DNA of 63,986 nt, filler included, from Stramenopiles sp. TOSAG23-3 (GCA_900128585.1; 4 parts of 4 records of this genome joined end to end with filler, not necessarily neighbours in it); one strand, 5' to 3'; numbered from the whole stretch's first letter, positions 42,696 to 53,337 are shown. The notes: generated by a model not told the origin, from the letters alone. Made by a program: numbers and translations.

Positions 42696-44912
42696 CTACT
42701 TTAAGCCCATTACTTCAAGCAACAAGTCCACCAGACTATTCAACCACACTCTGTCATTCCCCATATCTTGGAGTAAGTGAGTGGGGAGCCTGGAATATCC
42801 TACTTTCATCCCAACAATGGCCCCAACAATCTGGGCATTTCCGCTTGTGTCTCCTCCTTCGGACACAATTTTCATAATGGCGTCAATAAAGTTTGGATCA
42901 TTAATGTGAGCAGCCCAGTACGCGACGCCCACCGTTTTGAAAGCGTCTTTGCAGTGCTCCAGATCATCCAATTGCAGAGGAACCACCCCATCTTCCACTT
43001 CCAGAAACAGCAAAGTTCGCAACTCTTCTTGGTAATCGTTGAACCGTGAATCCTTGCAAGCAAGACTAAAGCATTCTAGCTGCAACTTCACCATCCCGGG
43101 ACGGTCTTTCTGTAAATTTGGGGAGTTTAGCATCTTTGCTATTAAATTGTTCAAACACACAGAGGCGGCAAGCGCTTTGGTAGATTTGTGAGTTATTGCA
43201 TTCGCAATCTTAGTTCCGTGCGTCATTTTATCAATGTCTGTAAAGTGTCGTAAAGCCATGGGCATTGCCCTTAGCACCGCGTCATTGTTGTCGGAATGGG
43301 GGTTATCTTTGTGGTCCCCGTACACTCGCTTTGCGTGGTGCTGCGCGTTGAGAATATAATCTTCTATGTCCCCCTGGACCACAGATTGCATGTAATTGCT
43401 TAATCGATGTGGCAATTTGTCGATGTCGGGAAAGCCGCATCGAATCATATGTGCCAGTCGATACGCCATGTCCTTTTCTTCAACCCTTCCTCCGAACGCG
43501 GCGAAGGATGCCATTGCCGTGATAAAATAATCAAAGGTAATGCTCCACTGCCCAGGCCTGTACGGAAACCTCTTTTTTATTCTCTTCAGCAAAGATCCGT
43601 GCTTGGAAGTTAGTTTTCGGGATTTAATCTTGTCGCCGTACAGGTCTTTTATCTGCTTCTTGCTCAGCCCGAATGCGGGTGAGCCCACCACAGACCCCAT
43701 GCATGCGCCGTACACAAACCCTTTTACACGCTGCAACAACTTGTCCCTGCCGACTGCCGAGTCAGCTATGCAGTGTTTTATGTAAGAGGGGTGCCGGGGA
43801 AGGGGTGTCAATGGGGGAGAGATCATTTCAATAGAGTAAAAGGAAGGGAAACCGTGCGAGCATGCAGAGCACAAGCACGGGGGTGCGTTGGCGTAGCCCA
43901 GGCTGAACAGTATTGTCGCGCCGGTCTGGCGCGTCGGGTCCTTGCTATTGGGCGCAGTTCCATACCGAGCCCGATGCAGCCCTCGAGTAACCGATTTAAG
44001 GCGAGGGTGCTCAACAAACCGATCGCACGCAGTACACCAACATGCCATTGAAGGGGAGACGCTGATAACGTGGTTCTTCTCTTCCCTGTGGTTCTGGATA
44101 TACCTATCACAGTAAATACCCCAGCAAGATGGCCACAAGCATACCCACGCGTTAAGCCCGCGGCATCGATTGAGTGGTGTGTGCCTTTCGCAGCAAGTAA
44201 TGCACGCCTTTTTTAAATTGCTGGCGACATATTTAGAAATTGGCAACTCGCCAAACTCTGCGTCCGTAAAATCGGAGTTAAAGTTGTAAGTTCTATCGTT
44301 CCTCACCAACCTATTCATTTCGTCCATAATTTTATCCAGATGTTTGCAGGACTTGATTTGGAAGTCTAGCATCCTGGCGGCCAAAGCTTCTGTCTCTTTG
44401 TCCAGTTTATCTTTGTCGTCTTCTTTTGTTTCTGGGACATATATCAAGGTTACTTCTGTGATATCGGGTGGCCTATCGTCTACGTGTACAATACTCAAAC
44501 TATTTACGCAGTGACGCTCATTTGAAACGGTTCTAAACTCACCTACATAAACTTTCCCTACGTATATTCCACAATTTTGGCAAACTGACAGTGCGACTTC
44601 TTTGTCGTTCTCGTACTGAGTCTCGGCGTTCAACAAACTGTTTTCATAGCACATCTGAAACGATGCCCAGCCTGCTCCTCCGTCAAACTTTGCCTTGGAT
44701 GCGAACAGAGGCTTTTCGCACCCTTTGCAAGCAAAATATCCTTTTCTGGGGAACTTATGCAAATATTTCCCCCTCCACGGCGGTTCATCGACCCTTTCGA
44801 TCAGAGTTTTGAATTCGGCCGCAGTGAGACAGTCCCTCCATAAACTCTCGCTTTTACCTCCAGGGAAGGATCGTTTTACAGCCGTAAATTTACCGGGAGA
44901 TAATGCTGCCAT
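42696..44912 (-). CDS. MsrB(SelR)-like + ZnF-UBP + ADP-ribosylglycohydrolase-like fusion protein
   Basis: FACKGC..PLF..KAKFD..GW.SF, CQNC and RHCVNS (MsrB); CITC..WVCL..C..YCDRY..H..H..WCTACD (ZnF-UBP); RVKGFVYGACMG, GQWS, NNDAVLR, ITH and GGDTSGNAQIVGAIVG (ARH). Confidence 0.8.
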   Translation of the reverse strand: MAALSPGKFTAVKRSFPGGKSESLWRDCLTAAEFKTLIERVDEPPWRGKYLHKFPRKGYFACKGCEKPLFASKAKFDGGAGWASFQMCYENSLLNAETQYENDKEVALSVCQNCGIYVGKVYVGEFRTVSNERHCVNSLSIVHVDDRPPDITEVTLIYVPETKEDDKDKLDKETEALAARMLDFQIKSCKHLDKIMDEMNRLVRNDRTYNFNSDFTDAEFGELPISKYVASNLKKACITCCERHTPLNRCRGLNAWVCLWPSCWGIYCDRYIQNHREEKNHVISVSPSMACWCTACDRFVEHPRLKSVTRGLHRARYGTAPNSKDPTRQTGATILFSLGYANAPPCLCSACSHGFPSFYSIEMISPPLTPLPRHPSYIKHCIADSAVGRDKLLQRVKGFVYGACMGSVVGSPAFGLSKKQIKDLYGDKIKSRKLTSKHGSLLKRIKKRFPYRPGQWSITFDYFITAMASFAAFGGRVEEKDMAYRLAHMIRCGFPDIDKLPHRLSNYMQSVVQGDIEDYILNAQHHAKRVYGDHKDNPHSDNNDAVLRAMPMALRHFTDIDKMTHGTKIANAITHKSTKALAASVCLNNLIAKMLNSPNLQKDRPGMVKLQLECFSLACKDSRFNDYQEELRTLLFLEVEDGVVPLQLDDLEHCKDAFKTVGVAYWAAHINDPNFIDAIMKIVSEGGDTSGNAQIVGAIVGMKVGYSRLPTHLLQDMGNDRVWLNSLVDLLLEVMGLK

Positions 44913-45272
44913 TTACCTACAGCAGCTACGCTTGTCTCCAATTATGGCTCTGTTCCGCTGCCAAATTTACAGGCTCCTCCGTTAAATTCTAATAAAGTCT
45001 AAGTTCAGTTTCGAGACACACGGGGCAACGAATGACATTGACAAGATTGGCAGGAAGAATTATTATAATAATAATTTCATCAACAACAACAAAAAAGAAC
45101 AACATCATCATCATCCCAAATCATCCCAAATCATCTCTTCAAATCATCATCATCCTCAAAAATCATTTTCACTGCTTCTGGTGCTGCTGCTTGCAGTTAT
45201 TTATTGGACTAATTTTTTATAACGATTTCGAAGAAAAGAACGAAAAAAATAATCAGAATGAACAACCGTTCT

Positions 45273-45308
45273 GTACCGGGTACAGGTACCGTACCGGTAC
45301 CTGGTACC
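45273..45308. promoter_or_regulatory. Cluster of GTAC/ACCGTAC motifs in a divergent promoter (putative cis-element)
   Basis: GTACCGGGTACAGGTACCGTACCGGTACCTGGTACC; related motifs at 8033, 38551, 40773 and 52778. Confidence 0.35.
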
Positions 45309-45567
45309 ATATTATTATATACTAATAAAAGATTCAGCCGCCCAAAACTACAAACTACGATGAGGAAGAAGAGAAGAACGACAACTTTTTTTTAAAATTT
45401 TTTATATTATTTAATAATTTATTCTTCCTTCTTTTCTTAACGAACTATTATGTTCATGGAAGAATTTAAACGTTCTGCTATACAAAGAAAAAATTAGTCT
45501 TGTAATTTGTTTGTGGACAAGAGATGATAGTTTATGATCGTTTGAATTAACTTGTAGATCTGGAAAC

Positions 45568-47130
45568 ATGCTGAAAGCGTGCGTGTTGTTGTTGGTAGTA
45601 GTGGCTTGCCACCATTCCGTTTCCGCGGACGCGAACGGTGACCTGCCACTGTGGCCTCTCCCACGTCAGGTTACGTTCCCAACCGAGAGAAACGAGGTAA
45701 AAGTGCTGGGGCCTGACTGGAAGTGTGATATAGTAATTCCTGGTTCTCCTTCAGAAATTTTGAAGGAAGCTTGTGATCGCTACCATGGCTACATAAATGC
45801 CGTTAGTGCTGCCCAAGTCTTTCGTGACAAGGACGTTGTTCAAATACTACAACTCAACGTGAAAGAAGCAGAACAAGACACAGAGCTCAATATGAACACC
45901 AACGAATCCTATTCTATCCATGTTGACAAAACAAATGTAGTAAAAATTTTTGCTGACAACGTCTTCGGCGCACTTCGCGCGCTGGAAACATTCTCTCAAG
46001 TGGTCTCGGGGAACATGACTCTGCCGGAGCTAGCGATAAAAGACCGTCCGCGATTTCAACACAGAGAGCTATTGGTAGACACTGCGCGGTATTACTTGAA
46101 CACTTCGTTCTTGGAGCACATCGTTGATGCCATGTCTTTTTCCAAATTTAATGTGCTGCACTGGCATGTGATTGACTCGCAGTCCTTTTCAATACAGTCG
46201 AAAAAGTATCCTTTGCTCTCAGAGAAAGGCCAGTTTAAAGACAACTCTCACTTCTGTCCCTATTCTAGCTGTGTGTATTCAGCGGAGGACATTCGAGGTT
46301 TGGTCTCTTACGCTCGGGCAAGAGGAGTTCGAGTTTTATTGGAAGTCGACACGCCTGGGCATTCAAAGAGCTGGGGGGCAGCATATAAGAATATGACAGT
46401 TAACCTCTGCACTTTGAATGCGGACAATGTTCCTCTGGACCCCACAATACAGTTCACGCTTGAAGTCGTCACTGGCTTTTTGAGCGAAATGTTGAACGGC
46501 AGCAACCCGCTGTTTCCCGATGAATTTGTGCATCTTGGTGGGGATGAGGTCGATTTATCTTGCTGGCAAAAGGACAAATCAATCGAAAAATACATGGAAG
46601 AAAACCATTTAACCCCTGAAACATTGCTTTCAAAGTGGCTCGAAGAGGTAAGGGAGCAAGTTGACAAAGTGAAACCGAATGTTCTGTACTGGGAAGATGT
46701 TTTTAACTACAGTAGTAGCGTCAGAAACAACAATACAATTTTTGAAGTATGGAGAGACAAAAGCACTTTGCACAAAATAGCTTCCAGTGGCTCCCGGTGC
46801 GTTCTAAGTGCGGGCTGGTACATTCACGCGCAATCAAAATGGACAGATTTTTATGACAATGAGCCATTTGATGCTGAGGAAGACTGGACTGCGACGGAGA
46901 AAAGTCTTGTTGAGGGGGGTGCTGTGAGTTATTGGGGCTGTTCTGGATTCTGCCCTTTTCCTTACACCGCCGATAAATTTGATCCAAGAACCTGGCCTGT
47001 TGCTGCTGCAGCAGCTGAACGATTGTGGTCTACCGAAAGTGTAACTGACCATGGACAGGCCTTGCCTAGGCTCACCGCGCACACAAAGCGACTAATCAGC
47101 CGTGGGGTGCATGCTTCTAAGCTAAAATAA
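45568..47130 (+). CDS. Beta-N-acetylhexosaminidase (GH20)
   Basis: Signal peptide; LWPLP, DRPRFQHR, DTARYY, NVLHWHVIDSQSF, EVDTPGH, catalytic HLGGDEV, AAAERLWS. Confidence 0.95.
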   Translation: MLKACVLLLVVVACHHSVSADANGDLPLWPLPRQVTFPTERNEVKVLGPDWKCDIVIPGSPSEILKEACDRYHGYINAVSAAQVFRDKDVVQILQLNVKEAEQDTELNMNTNESYSIHVDKTNVVKIFADNVFGALRALETFSQVVSGNMTLPELAIKDRPRFQHRELLVDTARYYLNTSFLEHIVDAMSFSKFNVLHWHVIDSQSFSIQSKKYPLLSEKGQFKDNSHFCPYSSCVYSAEDIRGLVSYARARGVRVLLEVDTPGHSKSWGAAYKNMTVNLCTLNADNVPLDPTIQFTLEVVTGFLSEMLNGSNPLFPDEFVHLGGDEVDLSCWQKDKSIEKYMEENHLTPETLLSKWLEEVREQVDKVKPNVLYWEDVFNYSSSVRNNNTIFEVWRDKSTLHKIASSGSRCVLSAGWYIHAQSKWTDFYDNEPFDAEEDWTATEKSLVEGGAVSYWGCSGFCPFPYTADKFDPRTWPVAAAAAERLWSTESVTDHGQALPRLTAHTKRLISRGVHASKLK

Positions 47131-47337
47131 GGTGCTGTACTCATACAAATTCGTATTTTTACTTCTTACAAGACTATACCGGATGAGGAAGTTGATTATG
47201 GGTCATGTGGAAGCAGCGCTAATCCACTTACCGATTCAGATTATGCATGGAGTACACCTGAGAATGATAGTCGAGACTAAGTGACAAGGGTATATTGATT
47301 CGTAAGGCCAAAAGAGCATGTTCGCACTTCCACTTGA

Positions 47338-47476
47338 AGGAATGCAAACCTAGAATGTCTAAATCTAGATTTCAGTTCGCAGTACATTGATTTTAATTAC
47401 TTAAATATCAGCCATGTAAATTATTTTTTTTTAATATCAGCCAATTTTCTTGTTTTAATTATAACAGCCAATTTTG
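47338..47476 (-). repeat. Dispersed repeat, copy 3 (most complete)
   Basis: Core AGGAATGCAAACCTAGAATGTCTAAATCTAGATTTCAGTTCGCAGTA plus three CAGCCA blocks, in the same order as copy 2. Confidence 0.85.
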
Positions 47477-47512
47477 ACTGAATGTGTTTGTACGCGCGAA
47501 GTAAATTTGCCT

Positions 47513-49387
47513 TCAATACGACGCTTTCATAATTACGTTTATGCTCGTCTCCACATCGTCTCCCAAAGCACAAGGGGTTGCCCACATATACACACGGGCC
47601 GATTTTTCGGTCTCAAATTTGTGCACAGCGGTATTGCTTGTAAACTCTGCGGATGATACTTTCTGCACATTTTTCAGTGCTTCTTCTGATATTGTTCCCT
47701 CTACTAGGTGGGCATGCACTGCCAACATGTGGATTTTAAGCGAAGTGGCACCGTTCCCTGTCGCGAGCGTTGTGTTGCTCGCCATTCTGAACTCGTATGA
47801 GCCGGCAGGCACATCAGCAGACGCAGCGTGTTCCATCAGCAAATCCCGGTCTAAATCAAAATCACAATTGCTCTTTGGCGATATCTTAAAATTCCAAGTA
47901 TGCGCATGAGTAGTGTTGTCTGCATGGTCGTCGTGAGGGGTTTTGCAGTAAGTTCCCCCAGACCATTTAAAATCGCATTGGGACTCCTCTCTCCATTTCA
48001 ATTTGGGGTGCCACTGGTGCAAAAGCTTGTGTTCACGGGGGCGCACGATAGTGTAGCCTGCGCGAACAAATCTGTTTATCAGATCAATGTCCTCGCCTCC
48101 CCATCCGTACCTAAACTTTGCAATGTCGTACCCGTTCACTTTGAGGTAATCGCTTTTATAGGCCCCGATCATTCCATAACCCCATCCAAAGAAGGAGCCC
48201 GTGTTTGCTTTTGCTTTCTTGGCTCCTTTGTTCAAAATAAACACCTCCGGGGCGTAAACGTGGCTGCCATTTTGCACCGACAAGGTCACAATCTCATGAA
48301 GATTTGACGGGAGCATCATATCTACGTCACATGTGAAAAATATCTCGTTATCATCTAACGAACGTATTGCATAGTCCAACATCAATGCGCGTGAAAATTT
48401 CTTCATGGTCTTTGGTGCCCACAAAAATGTTTTGTGGGGCAGTCCGCTATTGATTAACATGGTCCTAGGGTTCTGGTCGGTGCTAGTATGGTCGACTACA
48501 ATCAATCGCACGCTGTCCTTTATAGGGATCAGAGACTTTATCATTTCTTTCAGCTGCTTCCCTCGATTGCTGACACTGACTATAACGTTCACTAGCTTCG
48601 GCCTCTCTTTGCCCAAAGACGTCACTTTTTGTATCTTCAGCTTTGCCAAAGGTTTCATCAGCCTGATCCCAAAAACCTCCCCCGTTGGTACGTATTTAAT
48701 GTGCAAGTTGTAGTAGACGCCATAGAAACGCTCCACCCGCCGTTCAAAACGTACCACGTCAATAATTTTCCGTTTTTTAGCATCGCCGACCGTAAAGCGT
48801 TTGTCTCCCTTCACAGGCAGCTGCAACAGCGCAGCAGCAATCACTTGCTTCACCTCCACTGTATTTTCATGGGTCACTCCCAGAACCCACTGCTTGTGAA
48901 GGATAGAGCCCACGGGGGCATCTGGCCATTCCCAGTGACGGTACAGCTCGGTCATGGGCACATCCCATATTGACCATCGCGAAAGGTCAAAATCGTTCTG
49001 TTTGCGATTTGGTAGCAGCAGGGGGGCAAACAATGTTTTTTCTTTCTTTGTCTCCTTCGGCGGGAGGACGCTTCCTGCTCCCCCGTTGCTGGGCCCCCCG
49101 CCGTTCGCGGAAGAGAGGCGGCCACACCTTCGACACAACTTTGCATCGATGAGGGTGTTGCCCCTTCTCCGGTTCCCCTCCGCCAACTCCTTGCTCATGG
49201 CTTTCAACTTACTATTTTCCTCTTTCAGCATCTTTTCAGAAACCTCAAATTGCTCGATCCTACGCTGTAGTTTATCTGTCAGGGGTGGGCTGTCGTCAGC
49301 TTCGGGCTGCAGTTTTAACGACGATGCAGCATCCGCCTTGACCTCACTATATTTGTTTCCAACTTTAATATCACGCTTCAACTTTAA
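47513..49387 (-). CDS. Chondroitin N-acetylgalactosaminyltransferase / GT7-like glycosyltransferase, 5'-truncated
   Basis: FSRALML, FFTCDVDM (DxD), YAPEVF, GYGM...YKSDY..VNGYD, GWGGEDIDL, HQWH. Open to the contig end. Confidence 0.82.
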   Translation of the reverse strand, partial: LKLKRDIKVGNKYSEVKADAASSLKLQPEADDSPPLTDKLQRRIEQFEVSEKMLKEENSKLKAMSKELAEGNRRRGNTLIDAKLCRRCGRLSSANGGGPSNGGAGSVLPPKETKKEKTLFAPLLLPNRKQNDFDLSRWSIWDVPMTELYRHWEWPDAPVGSILHKQWVLGVTHENTVEVKQVIAAALLQLPVKGDKRFTVGDAKKRKIIDVVRFERRVERFYGVYYNLHIKYVPTGEVFGIRLMKPLAKLKIQKVTSLGKERPKLVNVIVSVSNRGKQLKEMIKSLIPIKDSVRLIVVDHTSTDQNPRTMLINSGLPHKTFLWAPKTMKKFSRALMLDYAIRSLDDNEIFFTCDVDMMLPSNLHEIVTLSVQNGSHVYAPEVFILNKGAKKAKANTGSFFGWGYGMIGAYKSDYLKVNGYDIAKFRYGWGGEDIDLINRFVRAGYTIVRPREHKLLHQWHPKLKWREESQCDFKWSGGTYCKTPHDDHADNTTHAHTWNFKISPKSNCDFDLDRDLLMEHAASADVPAGSYEFRMASNTTLATGNGATSLKIHMLAVHAHLVEGTISEEALKNVQKVSSAEFTSNTAVHKFETEKSARVYMWATPCALGDDVETSINVIMKASY

Positions 49388-49487
49388 NNNNNNNNNNNNN
49401 NNNNNNNNNNNNNNNNNNNNNNNNNNNNNNNTTAATTAATTAANNNNNNNNNNNNNNNNNNNNNNNNNNNNNNNNNNNNNNNNNNNN
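49388..49487. other. Artificial contig linker
   Basis: N44-TTAATTAATTAA-N44. Confidence 0.98.
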
Positions 49488-49566
49488 TCGACGCTTTCCA
49501 TGGAAGCTAATTTTTCAACCATGGCGGACCTTTCAGCCACCCGGCGTCTCGCTGCATCTGCCATCG
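49488..49566 (-). repeat. 79-bp perfect inverted copy of 52651-52729 (likely chimeric contig end)
   Basis: The reverse complement is identical to 52651-52729 (MADAARRRVAERSAMVEKLASMESV). Confidence 0.95.
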
Positions 49567-52500
49567 ACACGTTGAACAAGTTTTCCAATATCCCCGTCGG
49601 CGTATTGGTGGACCCTCTTGTGAAACAAATGGCAAAAGAGGGGTACAACAACTTATTGTTCGATTTGTATGTTGCGATTTCTAAGCACGACCGATTAGAT
49701 ATAGAGCCTGCGTTAAAACTGGCGAACATTCTAGGTCAAATTGCTTTGAATGACCCCATTTTCGGTAGACTTGCATCTGTCCCTTTCATGAATATTATTC
49801 AGTCCTTTCCAGACAGTAGCAATAAAGTGACTGTTATGGAGTACGTCAAAAAGTTTTTCAAACTGTCATTAAAATCATTCTTAAGCCTGGAATTAGGCAT
49901 TCTGAAAAGCAATTTGGAAGAAGAAACGCTGGAGCTTCAATCGTTACCGTTAGAATGCATGGGGAAAATACTTGAGTTTGGAAGGAAAAATTTTACACCG
50001 AAAGTCTCAGAATCCATAGAACAAATGCTCTCGTCTGCCGCAAAGCACTATGCAGATATTACGGGCGGAAAACACCACCCAGGACTTGCAATGTTAATAA
50101 GCATTGCCGCAAATATATGCCTTACCCAAAGCGCTGATGACGAAACACCAATGCAAGAATCGGAAGGAGATGCTGCAGTAATGAAAACGGAGTCCATGTC
50201 TGTGGAACATGTTTTCAGAATGGTCGATAAGAACAAAGATGGCTTTATTTCAAAGGAAGATTTGATTAAATCCGTATCTGAAGATTCCGCTGTTCTGCAA
50301 GTGATCAAAACCACTCCTCTTTTGCACCCTTTGCTCTACCCTAACCATTGGGAATTGTCATTTGATGCAATGGACCCTTCGTCCGGAAATGGAGATGTTG
50401 ATCGTGAATGGTTTGTAACATTTGTGCACGACGTGCACCAAACCTCCATATCAACGGACGGCAAACTAATTCGCACGGATACTGTAAAACCATTGGACCC
50501 CATACTGTCACCAACAGCAAAAGCAAATACGGAAAATCTCTCATTTGGAGCAGATATTGAAAATGCGATGCAAGGTTTAAAAACCAAAATGACACAAGTG
50601 AAGGCATTGGTGATGAACGAGCCCTCCATTTCGCCAGAACAAACCAGAACGCCAAGTCCAGGCCCAGCATACGCATTTCGTACTCCGCCTGCGGGAAAGG
50701 GCAGAAAACGTTCTCAGACTCAGGGCGCTTTCATCAGAGCGAGTGAATGGCAATATTCCAAAGCCTCTCAAAAGAGACAGAACGGAAAACGCGAGAAGCC
50801 TAAGCGAAACAAGGTGCGAAAAAGCAGCATTAGCAGCACTTTTAGTGCAAATTCTGCGTTTGGAGCCTCTACAACTATTACAGAATTTGAGGGAGTCTCT
50901 GGAGACGAAGAAACCGATCTTGAAGCAGCATCTACCATGTTTTCGAGATGGGGTAGGCAAATGAAACATGCCTATGATTCTTATGCAGAATCGCGGGTTA
51001 CTCGTGATAATGATGCTGTAACATTCGACCATATGAAAGCTGGTCGATCTTTCCTAAAGTTTAAACACTGGATGGTAATGCTCCGCGATTACGACATAAT
51101 TCCTGCTTACGTAAAACCTCAGGCATTAAAATTGATTTGGAATAAAGTCTGTTTTGGGCGTTTACAAACAATCGATTACAGGCATTTCTTACTCTGCATG
51201 CGGATATTAATTTTATACCACGACGGGACCAAATATAGCTCTGAAAGGCGGAACAAGTATGCTACCACAATCGGCCGCCCAGAATCACGGGGTGTTGATG
51301 GCCTGCTAGGCCACATGAGTAGCGCTGCCGTTGAGCGCTACTCTTTATGGCATTCCAGAGTGTGGCAGAACGAGCGAGACGATGTCAAAATGCCGAAAGG
51401 TTGTGAGCCGTCAATATGGTGCCCCAAAAATGTATCGCCTGAGAAAATTAAACGTTTGAACGCCACTTTACAGCACGACGAGAACGCGGAGGTACCAGCC
51501 GGGTTCTTAAAGCAGTACAAAACCGTTCTTCTTATACCAGAATCATTCGATAATCTGAAAAGTGCTGACGGTTCAATGAAGGAGTCTGCACTAATATCAA
51601 TTCAAATTTTGCAAGACATAGTTAGAAAGCAATTTGGGTTCTCAATCCTTGGAGCTGAAACAAGGACTGAAGTGTCAATAAATACCAGAGCTCTTGAGAA
51701 TTCCAAGAATTTACTTTCTCTCAATAAACGTGCCAAATCGCATACTGTACGGCAATCGCAGCACAAAAAGGTGTCCTTAGACTCGATTGTCCCTGCTTCT
51801 GAGCTAGATGAAATTCAATTGGAGCTAAGACGAAAATGGGAAGCGCACCCGAAAGTTGCTTCTCCTAGCAAACGTTTGTATTCAAAATCTTCGAAGAACA
51901 AACTATTGAAAGGGCAGGAAGAGTTATTGCAAAAGGTGGTATCATTTGGATCGTCTGTGAGCAAAATTGACCCTTTGTCAAAAATATCCCCAACGAAGTC
52001 TCCAATGTTGAAGGAAATCCCACCCGTGTGTGACAGGCTGTACCCATATTCGAAAAAGATAACAGACACTGTGGTCGAGGAAGAGTCCAGTAAAAAAAAG
52101 AAGAAGAAAAAGAAAGGACAAACCAATGTGTCCGAATCGCCTGAAAAAGAAGATACTCACGCGTCCCTCCCAACACACCTTCAACCAGTTAAAGCTTATA
52201 AAACCCGTAAAGCGGAGGAGGAGAAAGCAAATCAAGAGAAAAAAAAGAGAGATGCTAGAAGAAGGGAAAAACGGCAAGAAAAGTTGAGGGGACTAATCGC
52301 ACAAAAAGCGCAAGAAAAAGCAGTTTTAGAAGAGCAGAAAGAGTCGCAAGTGGCTTTCATGGCTGAGAAAAGTGCACTGCAGAAACAACAAGAGAGAGAT
52401 AACCGAATCCGCGAAAAAAGAAGAATTATGAAGTGGAAGGAAAAGAAGCTGAGAAAAAAAGCCGAAGAAAGGGCACAGAAATTACAGGAAAAATTGGAGC

Positions 52501-52751
52501 GCCAAGAAGAAAGCAACGATGCAATACTAATTAAAGCTGAACGTGCTCGCCGTGCTGCTCTTCGAATTAAACAGAAAAAGGAAGACGAGGAGTACGAGAA
52601 GGAGAGAGTGGTCGAAGAAAAAAATGAGGCCGCAGAGTTGAAAAGGAATGCGATGGCAGATGCAGCGAGACGCCGGGTGGCTGAAAGGTCCGCCATGGTT
52701 GAAAAATTAGCTTCCATGGAAAGCGTCGAGGAGAGAATTCGAAATCCATAG
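49567..52751 (+). CDS. Large EF-hand / coiled-coil protein, 5'-truncated
   Basis: Long open frame; EF-hand DKNKDGFISKEDL; charged coiled-coil C-terminus. The ATG at 49500 lies inside the inverted duplication, so it is probably not native. Confidence 0.7.
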
Positions 52752-53337
52752 TCTCTATAAAAATAGAATTATAATAACAGGTACCGTACTGATAGTTAGA
52801 AGGCGAGAAATTGTCGAATGCGACCTTTTCACTGCCCAAATTTTTTTTGGTGATTTTGTAAGTATAATACACAATTAACAGTATGTAAATAGATCAAGTA
52901 CATATATCAACTAACTTAGCTATCCCCACCCTGCCTATCAGGAGTCTACAAGAAAATATAATCCCTGGATAAACCCTAACCCTAACCATCACGGTATGTT
53001 TATTTCTAGTGATGTACGCATCCCTATATACTACGCCTTGTCATAGGGGTCGTTCCTCCCCCTATGCCAGTGTATCGTAAAATCTATCCCGTGGCCCATT
53101 CTACCAGCTGAATATCCATTCCAACCTTCCTTACGAAGTTGTTGTTTATAAATTATCGTATATTTTTTTTTTGTTAAAAAATAATGATATTTGTAGTACA
53201 AGAAGTAAAAGTTATTTTTGAGAATACGTTCGTACAACCCACAATGGATATAAAAAGTAAAATTGACGGACGAAAAGGAGGATTTTTTCACCGTAGCCTT
53301 CAAGGTAAAAACACAAAAATCTACCAACCCGAAAGCG

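Noticed and set aside
47174-47280. Coding-like stretch (PDEEVDYGSCG...NDSRD*) after the hexosaminidase stop
   Set aside because: No start codon or convincing splice link; too short to assign.
52972-52987. Telomere-like AACCCTAACCCTAACC
   Set aside because: Fewer than three units and internal; insufficient for a telomere call.
53042-53066. Hairpin CATAGGGG-N9-CCCCTATG
   Set aside because: Isolated 8-bp stem; no tRNA cloverleaf, no Helitron CTRR end, no second copy seen.
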